12,751 nucleotides of DNA, from the NCBI GenBank assembly GCA_052386995.1, contig JBQTJP010000089.1, positions 1 to 12,751 of the forward strand, in the 5' to 3' direction. The translations under genes were made by a program, and so were the position numbers. Below the pieces are notes generated by a model. It ran no database searches and was not told where the DNA came from. It saw only the letters and a program-made list of their open reading frames with translations. Positions 7,082 to 12,751 of the stretch are shown here, piece after piece (the stretch's first letter is position 1; each line of letters starts with the position of its first letter). The stretch comes from Armatimonadota bacterium. Its GTDB lineage: Bacteria; Sysuimicrobiota; Sysuimicrobiia; Sysuimicrobiales; Humicultoraceae.

Positions 7082-8248
7082 TCATTCCGCGCGTGCATAG
7101 TCGTCCTTGATGCGCCGGACAGTATCCGGCTGCACGAGGAGATCGGCGGCCGTCCGCGCCATAGCGTGCGCGGCGATGAGCATCGCGTTGAGGCCCTGCG
7201 GTTGCGCCGCGCAGACCGCGGCTTCGTGCGTGTGGAAGCTTACGGTCTTGGGCCAGGTCGCCACGGAGAAGAGCATCGCGGGGACCGCCTGGCTTACGTT
7301 CCCGAAGTCCGTCGAAGCCGTCGAGCGCCACGATCCCACGGACTCGCCGAGCGCGCCCAGGTTGGCCCTGACAATGTCCCCGAGCGCGCGGTTGTACTTG
7401 AGCGGCTTCATGAACGCCGTCTCAGTGATCTCCAGACGCGTGCCGGAGGCCAGCGCGCCGGCGCGCGCGCATTCTACGACCCGGGCGCACAGGCGATCGA
7501 GTTCCGCCACATCGGCTGAACGCACGCCAATTTTGCAGACGGCCCGCTCGGGAATCACGTTGACCGCCTGCCCACCCTCGGTGACGATCCCGTGAATCCG
7601 TGTTCTGTCAGGGGTGAATTGTCGCAGGGCGTTGAGGTTCGTGTACGTCAGCAGGACGCCGTCGAGCGCGCTGGCCCCACTCCAGGGCTCTGTCGCCGCG
7701 TGGGCGGGCCGGCCGCTGAACGCGAACTCGTACAGCCGGACCCCGGTGCATTCCATCAGCGCCGTGGCATGCCAGGGATGATATGTCAGCGCCACATCGA
7801 CCCCGGCGAACGCCCCGGCGTCCAGCATCATGGGCTTCCCGGTGCCGAGCTCCTCGGCGGGGCAGCCGTAGACCTTGATGCTGCCCGCCAGATGCGGCAT
7901 CGACGCCGCCAGAAACACGCCTGCGCCGACCGCCGAACCGGCGATCAGGTTGTGCCCTCAACCGTGGTCCACTCCGGGAAGGGCGTCGTACTCGGCCAAG
8001 AACCCGACGGTCGGTCCCGGGCCGCTTCCTTTCTTCGTCGCGACAAACGCGGTGTCGACGCCGGGGACAATCGCGAACTCGAAGCCGTGGCGCTCGAGGA
8101 TGTCCCGGCACCATCCCACCGCGCGGTGCTCCTGATGGCCCAGCTCGGGGTGGGCGTGGATACGCAGGCTGAAATCAGTGATCTCGCCTGCCAGTGCCTG
8201 TGCCGCGCGCGCGATCTCATCCTTGGCCTCTGCGGTCCTTTCCGTCAT
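7082..8248 (-). CDS. M20 family (M20D/ACY1L2/AbgB-like) amidohydrolase, 388 aa, with in-frame UGA at codon 97 (probable selenocysteine)
   Basis: One continuous frame from ATG 8248 (ATGA overlap with the GTPase stop): [11 protein letters not shown]...[14 protein letters not shown][TGA]GHNLIAG...GCPAEE...YHP...GRPAHAA.EPWSG.SALD...[12 protein letters not shown]...[13 protein letters not shown]...FHT. The TGA replaces the Cys of the family HACGHN motif. The Sec reading is less certain than the family call. Confidence 0.85.
7913..7960 (-). promoter_or_regulatory. Bacterial SECIS-like stem-loop directly 3' of the in-frame UGA
   Basis: mRNA reads UGA GGGCAC AAC CUGAUCGCCG-GUU-CGGCGGUCGG CGCAGGC GUGUUU. 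Uninterrupted 9-10 bp upper stem (7948-7939 with 7935-7926), small G/GU-starting apical loop 18-19 nt after UGA, and a possible lower stem GGGCAC/GUGUUU. Confidence 0.7.
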
Positions 8249-9195
8249 CTGCCGTGCTCCTCCACGCAGGCCGTCAGCCGCGATTCGAGTGCGGCCCGGT
8301 CCGAATCGGTCAAGGCTTTTCCGATGAACACGGCCTCGGTGACACGTTCTTCTCCGGCCCCCCACGCATCGCCTGCGATCACGGTCCAACGTCCACCGAC
8401 CAGGTGGAAGACGAGCCGGGTGGGGAGATCCGCGACCGATAGGATGCCCTTCCCGCGGAAGATGTGGGTGGACAGGCCATCGAGCAGGCGACAGAACTTT
8501 TCCAGGTCTACGGAGCCCCGCGCCCGGAATGAGACCGCGCGGAAATGGTCGGCGTGCGTGTGATGGGAGAGGCGCTGCTCGCCAACCATCTGCCCGGCGT
8601 CTGCGTGTCCAACTCCCAGGATGAGCCTGAGGTCCACCTGCGCCTGTGCGCATTGGAGCACCCGGGCGCGGGGATTGAGTTTGCGGAGACCTTCTTCGAT
8701 CTGCTGCACGATAGCGGGGCCGACCAGGTCGGTCTTGTTGATCAGCAGAATATCCCCGGTGACGATCTGGGCATAGGCTTGCTCGGCGGCGTCCAGGTTC
8801 CGGTCGAAGTTGGCGGCATCGACCACTGTAATGAGCGCATCGAGCCGGACGGCCGACGCGGCGCGCGGGTCGAGGAGCTGCTGCGCCACCGGCCCCGGAT
8901 CGGCCAGGCCGGTGGTCTCGACGACAATGTGCTCGGGCGGCGGCGCGCGGTCCAGCAGCGCGGCGAGCGACTGAAGAAGGTCGTCGCGCATCGTACAGCA
9001 CACGCAGCCGTTGGCGAGTTCGATGACGTTGTCATCGCGCGAGGTGATCAAACGGCTGTCGATGCCGATGTCGCCGAACTCGTTCAGCACGACGCCGATC
9101 CGCGCTCCGTGGCTGCCATTCAGGATGTGATTGAGGAGCGTGGTTTTTCCGCTCCCCAGGAATCCTGTCAGGACGGTGACCGGCACGGGCTCCAT
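8245..9195 (-). CDS. COG0523/CobW-family G3E GTPase (putative metallochaperone)
   Basis: [17 protein letters not shown] (Walker A), [13 protein letters not shown] (CxCC metal site), [13 protein letters not shown], short His-rich linker HHTHADH, CobW_C-like domain (FRGKGIL...AVFIG). Confidence 0.95.
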   Translation of the reverse strand: MEPVPVTVLTGFLGSGKTTLLNHILNGSHGARIGVVLNEFGDIGIDSRLITSRDDNVIELANGCVCCTMRDDLLQSLAALLDRAPPPEHIVVETTGLADPGPVAQQLLDPRAASAVRLDALITVVDAANFDRNLDAAEQAYAQIVTGDILLINKTDLVGPAIVQQIEEGLRKLNPRARVLQCAQAQVDLRLILGVGHADAGQMVGEQRLSHHTHADHFRAVSFRARGSVDLEKFCRLLDGLSTHIFRGKGILSVADLPTRLVFHLVGGRWTVIAGDAWGAGEERVTEAVFIGKALTDSDRAALESRLTACVEEHGR

Positions 9196-9206
9196 GGTGG
9201 TGTTGC

Positions 9207-9238
9207 TTCTACGGGGAACGCCATCTGCTCCTGGCGCG
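9207..9238 (-). promoter_or_regulatory. Conserved 32-bp upstream motif, copy 2 (CGCGCCAGGA-N6-GGCGTTCCCCGTAGAA)
   Basis: 26/32 identical to 4008-4039; ends exactly 11 nt before the GTPase ATG. Confidence 0.6.
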
Positions 9239-9437
9239 GGTTGAAGTAGGGATTGACCGTGGTCTTTTCCGACTTACAGTCAGACGCCGCGGCGTCCCAG
9301 CGCGGGGGCCTCAATGCCTGGTTTTGTCATGTGGATACTTGTCAGGAGGGCTTCCGGCTCCAGCGGTATCAGAACGAGTCAGCACGGTGGGCGTCGGTGG
9401 TTCTATCGGCGGTGTTCCTTCGAAGGAATTGCGGTCG

Positions 9438-10274
9438 CTACTCTTTCAGCGCGCCGGTCAAACCGGCCACGTAATGTTCAACGAAGAATGAGTACGCCAG
9501 GGCGACGGGCACCGACCCGAGCAGCGCGCCGGCCATGAGCGGCCCCCACTGGAAGACGTCACCCGTGACCAGTTCGGTGGCGAGTCCCACCGGGACCGTC
9601 TTCCGTGCCGACGACGACAGAAAGACGAGCGCATACAAGTACTCATTCCAGGAGAGCGTGAACGCGAAGATCAGGCACGAGAAGATACCGGGGAGCGCCA
9701 GCGGCAGCGTCACATGCCGAATCACCTGGAGCCGCGCGGCACCGTCGATGCGGGCACAGTCCTCCAGCTCGATCGGAATAGACCGGAAGTACCCCATGAG
9801 CAGCCAGGTGGCAAAGGGGATGAGAAACGTTGGATACGTCAGGATCAGGGCGGCCGGACTATCCCAGAGGCCCAGGGTCGTCACCACCCGAGCCAGCGGG
9901 ATGAACAGGATCACCGGAGGCACGAGGTAGCTCAGAAAGATGGCCACGCCCAGGAACGCCGACCCTGCAAACCGGAGACGCTGAATAGCATACGCCGCGA
10001 AGAGACTTGTGACCAGCGCGAGTGCCGTCGCGCCGACCGCGATGACGAGAGTATTGCGGAACCACGGCAGAAAGCTCGTTCCGAACAACAGGGTCTTGAA
10101 GTGCACCAGGGTCGGGCGCGCCGTCCAAAGCTGGTTGAGGGCCAGATTGTAGAGGTCGCGGTTGGGTTTGATCGCGGTGATCAGCATCCAGTAGAACGGG
10201 AAGAGCAGGAAGATCAGGAACAGCCACAGCGGCGCGTAGAAGGTCAGAGTGCGGTATGCGAGCGACCGGTGCAC
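9438..10274 (-). CDS. Carbohydrate-type ABC transporter permease (MalG-like)
   Basis: LFPFYWMLITAIK, FRNTLVIA, EAA-loop variant IPIELEDCARIDGA, FTLSWNEYLYAL, C-terminal YVAGLTGALKE; SD AGGAG before the GTG. Confidence 0.93.
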   Translation of the reverse strand: MHRSLAYRTLTFYAPLWLFLIFLLFPFYWMLITAIKPNRDLYNLALNQLWTARPTLVHFKTLLFGTSFLPWFRNTLVIAVGATALALVTSLFAAYAIQRLRFAGSAFLGVAIFLSYLVPPVILFIPLARVVTTLGLWDSPAALILTYPTFLIPFATWLLMGYFRSIPIELEDCARIDGAARLQVIRHVTLPLALPGIFSCLIFAFTLSWNEYLYALVFLSSSARKTVPVGLATELVTGDVFQWGPLMAGALLGSVPVALAYSFFVEHYVAGLTGALKE

Positions 10275-10275
10275 G

Positions 10276-11199
10276 TCATTCTCTCCTGAGGTAGTAAAAG
10301 CTCACGATCACGCACGCGACCAGCACCGGCAGCACGAAGCCCGAGATCGCGGCGCCCTCGCCGATGAACCCGCCCTGGACGGCGCGCTGATACGCCAGGG
10401 TGCCGAACAGGTGGGTGGCATTTGCGGGGCCGCCCTTGGTGACGATCCAGATCAACTGAAAGTCGCCGACCGTCATGATCGTCGAGAAGACCGTGACGAC
10501 GACGGTCAGTGGCAGCAGCAACGGCCAGGTGATGGCCCAGAACTTCTGCCAGGGGCCGGCCCCGTCGATGTCCGCCGCTTCATAGAGTGTGGGTGAGACC
10601 GTCTGGAGTCCCGCGAGCAGGCCAATCGCAAAAAAGGGCACTCCCCGCCAGACATTGGCCACGATCATCGACGCACGCGCCAGGTTGGGGTCGCCCAGGT
10701 AATTGATGAACCCTGTGACCAGCCCGGTCTGCTTGAGCATCCAGGTGATGACACTGAACGTCCCGTCGTAGATCCAGTAGAAGACGAGGGCCGACAGCGA
10801 CGTCGGGACGATGAACGGCAGCAGCATGATGGCACGGACAAAGCGCTTGCCTGCAAATTCCCGATTGACCAGCAGTGCCAGCAGAAAGCCCAGCAGCAGC
10901 TTGACCGCGACCGCCACGCCCGCATACAGCGACGTATTGAAGGCCACCAGCCGGAAGACGGGGTCGCCGACCAGGTAGACATAGTTGAACAGGCCGACGA
11001 ATTCGCCGGCTTTGGCGATGGTGGCGTTAGTCAGGCTCAACCAGACGCCTAGCGCGAACGGGTAGGCGAGGAAGATCCCGAGCAGGACCACGGCGGGACC
11101 CGCCATCAGGATCCCGAGCACATGGCGGTTCTCGCTCAAGCGGGCGAGCAGGCCGTTTGCACCCGGCCCTCTGATTTCGGCGACGTTGGCTCTGGCCAT
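10276..11199 (-). CDS. Carbohydrate-type ABC transporter permease (MalF-like)
   Basis: FVGLFNY, LLPFIVP, WRGVPF...LAGLQTVSPTLYEAADIDGA (EAA loop), TKGGPANAT. Start uncertain; ATG 11199 preferred because GTG 11247 lies inside a hairpin. Confidence 0.92.
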   Translation of the reverse strand: MARANVAEIRGPGANGLLARLSENRHVLGILMAGPAVVLLGIFLAYPFALGVWLSLTNATIAKAGEFVGLFNYVYLVGDPVFRLVAFNTSLYAGVAVAVKLLLGFLLALLVNREFAGKRFVRAIMLLPFIVPTSLSALVFYWIYDGTFSVITWMLKQTGLVTGFINYLGDPNLARASMIVANVWRGVPFFAIGLLAGLQTVSPTLYEAADIDGAGPWQKFWAITWPLLLPLTVVVTVFSTIMTVGDFQLIWIVTKGGPANATHLFGTLAYQRAVQGGFIGEGAAISGFVLPVLVACVIVSFYYLRRE

Positions 11200-11227
11200 G
11201 ACGATTACATCGTCAGCCCCAAAGATG

Positions 11228-11265
11228 CTGGCGGAGCCACCTCGCACCGAGGCCGGCTCCGCCAG
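11228..11265 (-). terminator. Strong intercistronic hairpin after the binding-protein gene (partial terminator or mRNA stabiliser)
   Basis: 11-bp perfect stem CTGGCGGAGCC/GGCTCCGCCAG plus inner CCTCG/CGAGG, followed on the minus strand by CATCTTT. Confidence 0.7.
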
Positions 11266-11280
11266 TCGAACCTCACCGCG

Positions 11281-12684
11281 TTACGCTTGGTAGATGCGCC
11301 GCAGGCGGTCCTCCGCCGCACGGATCGCGTCCCGGACGCTCCGCCGGCCGGTTAAGGCCTCGGCGACCATATCGACGATGATGAACTCGGCCAGCGCCCG
11401 CGCCGACTTCGGGCCGGGGGTCCCGGCATACGAATGCGGCAGCATGCGGGCGATCGAGTCCCGGAACGGCGTGGCCTTTGGGTCCGCCCGCCACACGGCC
11501 AGGTTGCCGTACGCGCGCAGCGGGGAAGCGACGTAGCCCAGCATCGTGTTGATCCACCGTGCGTACTGTACGTCCTCCATCATGAACCGCAAAAATTCTT
11601 TCGCGGCGTTCGGATACCTCGTGTACGAGAAGACATATGCCTGGCTCATCAGGTGTAGCTCGGTCGGCCGCCCCACGGGACCGATGGGCATAGCGGCATG
11701 ATTCATGTCACGGGCCACTTCCGGGAAGTCGCCCCGTGCCGCGAAGTAGATGCTGATCCCATTGTTGGTCATCGAGACCTCGCCGGCCAGGAAGGCGCGG
11801 TTGTTGTGCGGATCGAGCCAGCCCGCAACGCCGGGGATCATCGTCTCATAGAGCTGCCGCCCGTACTCAAGGGCGTTGACGACTTCAGGCGAGTTGATCG
11901 TGATCGTCTTGTTGTCCGGGGCAACGGTCCTCCCGCCAAACGCCCAGATGAGCCAGTGCACCCAGACGTTACCGTCGCCGACCGCTTTGCCAAGCGCGAA
12001 CCCGGTGGGATGGTTCCGGGCCCTCAGCGCCCGCGCCAGGCGGAGGAACTCGTCCGTGGTCCTGGGGAACTTCGCCGGATCCGGATCGAAGCCGGCCTCT
12101 TTGACCCAGGACTCCCGATAGTTGATCTGGGTACCGGGCGCCCCGATAGGCAGACCGATCCACTGATTCGTGTCCGTGCTGAATCCGTACGCCCGCGGCG
12201 TGTCATACCAGCCGCCATATTTGCGCCCGATGTACTCGGCCAGGTCCGTGACGGGCACGAGCTTGTTTGGCCACAGATGGGGCTCGTCGAAGAACCCGAT
12301 GACGATATCAGGCCCGGCGCCGACGTTTGCGGCCGCGGCCGCTTTGGGCTGGATGTCGGTCCAGGTCTCATGATCCACCTGGACGGCAACCCCTGTCCGC
12401 CTCGTGAACTCGGCGGCGTTGCTGAGAAACATCGGCTGATCCGTGCTGACGAACTGCGACCAGCGCAGGACGCGCAGCGAGGCGCCGCGCTCGACGGGGA
12501 ACGACATGCTCATTTCGGGGTTGAACGAACCTGCCGGAAGCTGGGCGGCGGCGTGTTCCAGCCACCCGCTGAGCCCCAGGTTGGAGACCGCTACACCGGC
12601 GAGTCCTGCCGCGCCGGCCTTGAGGAATCGGCGTCGCGTAAGCCCTTCCCGATGATCGCGAAGGGTTTTCTCGTCGTCTGACAC
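11281..12684 (-). CDS. ABC transporter extracellular solute-binding protein (family 1/CUT1) with Tat signal peptide
   Basis: LTRRRFLK twin-arginine motif, hydrophobic stretch, AAA-Q cleavage site; LRVLRWSQFV, GPDI, NNRAFLAGEVSM, PNAAKEFLRFM; strong SD GAGGAGG; adjacent to two permeases. Confidence 0.93.
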   Translation of the reverse strand: MSDDEKTLRDHREGLTRRRFLKAGAAGLAGVAVSNLGLSGWLEHAAAQLPAGSFNPEMSMSFPVERGASLRVLRWSQFVSTDQPMFLSNAAEFTRRTGVAVQVDHETWTDIQPKAAAAANVGAGPDIVIGFFDEPHLWPNKLVPVTDLAEYIGRKYGGWYDTPRAYGFSTDTNQWIGLPIGAPGTQINYRESWVKEAGFDPDPAKFPRTTDEFLRLARALRARNHPTGFALGKAVGDGNVWVHWLIWAFGGRTVAPDNKTITINSPEVVNALEYGRQLYETMIPGVAGWLDPHNNRAFLAGEVSMTNNGISIYFAARGDFPEVARDMNHAAMPIGPVGRPTELHLMSQAYVFSYTRYPNAAKEFLRFMMEDVQYARWINTMLGYVASPLRAYGNLAVWRADPKATPFRDSIARMLPHSYAGTPGPKSARALAEFIIVDMVAEALTGRRSVRDAIRAAEDRLRRIYQA

Positions 12685-12751
12685 TGTCGTCAGGCCTCCT
12701 TCTGCCGCGCTTCCACGAGTCCCGAGCGCGCAGCGGTCATGGTATTCGCCT

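Noticed and set aside
7958..7960. Genome-wide UGA reassignment (Trp or Gly, genetic codes 4/25)
   Set aside because: TGA is the evident stop of several genes here (LLM, nitroreductase, GTPase, MalF-like permease, abmA), Trp is encoded by TGG, and the aligned residue is Cys.
7082..8248. M20 gene as a frameshifted pseudogene or two separate ORFs (7082..7918 and the tail of 7958..9001)
   Set aside because: Both parts are in the same frame (8248-7918 = 330 nt). The only lesion is a TGA at the conserved Cys, followed by a SECIS-like hairpin. A simple nonsense mutation is not excluded but is less parsimonious.
8249..9001. Long N-terminal extension of ORF 7958..9001
   Set aside because: Arg/Pro-rich alternative-frame translation overlapping the GTPase; M20 similarity begins at ATG 8248.
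9196..9437. Cobalamin riboswitch upstream of the CobW-family gene
   Set aside because: Only scattered fragments (CCCCCGC, ACTGTAA) are present, without the ordered core or B12 box, and there are no cobalamin genes nearby. The symbol cobW was withheld for the same reason.
98..12681. Long antisense or alternative-frame ORFs (e.g. 98..817, 810..1742, 2129..3241, 7592..8563, 8545..9249, 11698..12681)
   Set aside because: Shadows of well-supported genes in GC-rich DNA, with no recognisable motifs.

Overview
GC-rich bacterial accessory metabolic region with no rRNA, tRNA, CRISPR array or transposase seen. Minus strand, in transcription order from the right: (i) a CUT1-type ABC importer (Tat-exported binding protein plus two permeases, no ATPase in the window); (ii) a three-gene metallohydrolase unit of a COG0523/CobW-family GTPase, an M20 amidohydrolase and a YtcJ-like amidohydrolase; (iii) an aromatic-CoA unit of an LLM-class oxidoreductase, an AbmA-like anthraniloyl/salicylyl-CoA monooxygenase-reductase and an enoyl-CoA hydratase-family gene (partial). 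Plus strand: a secreted DUF5666-like protein, a nitroreductase, and a low-GC HAD-hydrolase gene fragment. Main observation: the ORF track splits the M20 gene in two, but it is one reading frame (8248..7082). Its single in-frame TGA (7960-7958) sits exactly at the metal-ligand Cys of the HxCGHN motif and is followed by a bacterial SECIS-like hairpin. This makes it a candidate selenocysteine-containing M20 metallohydrolase, translationally coupled to a metallochaperone. A 32-bp motif (26/32 identical) lies exactly 11 nt upstream of the start codons of both the GTPase and LLM genes, suggesting co-regulation.
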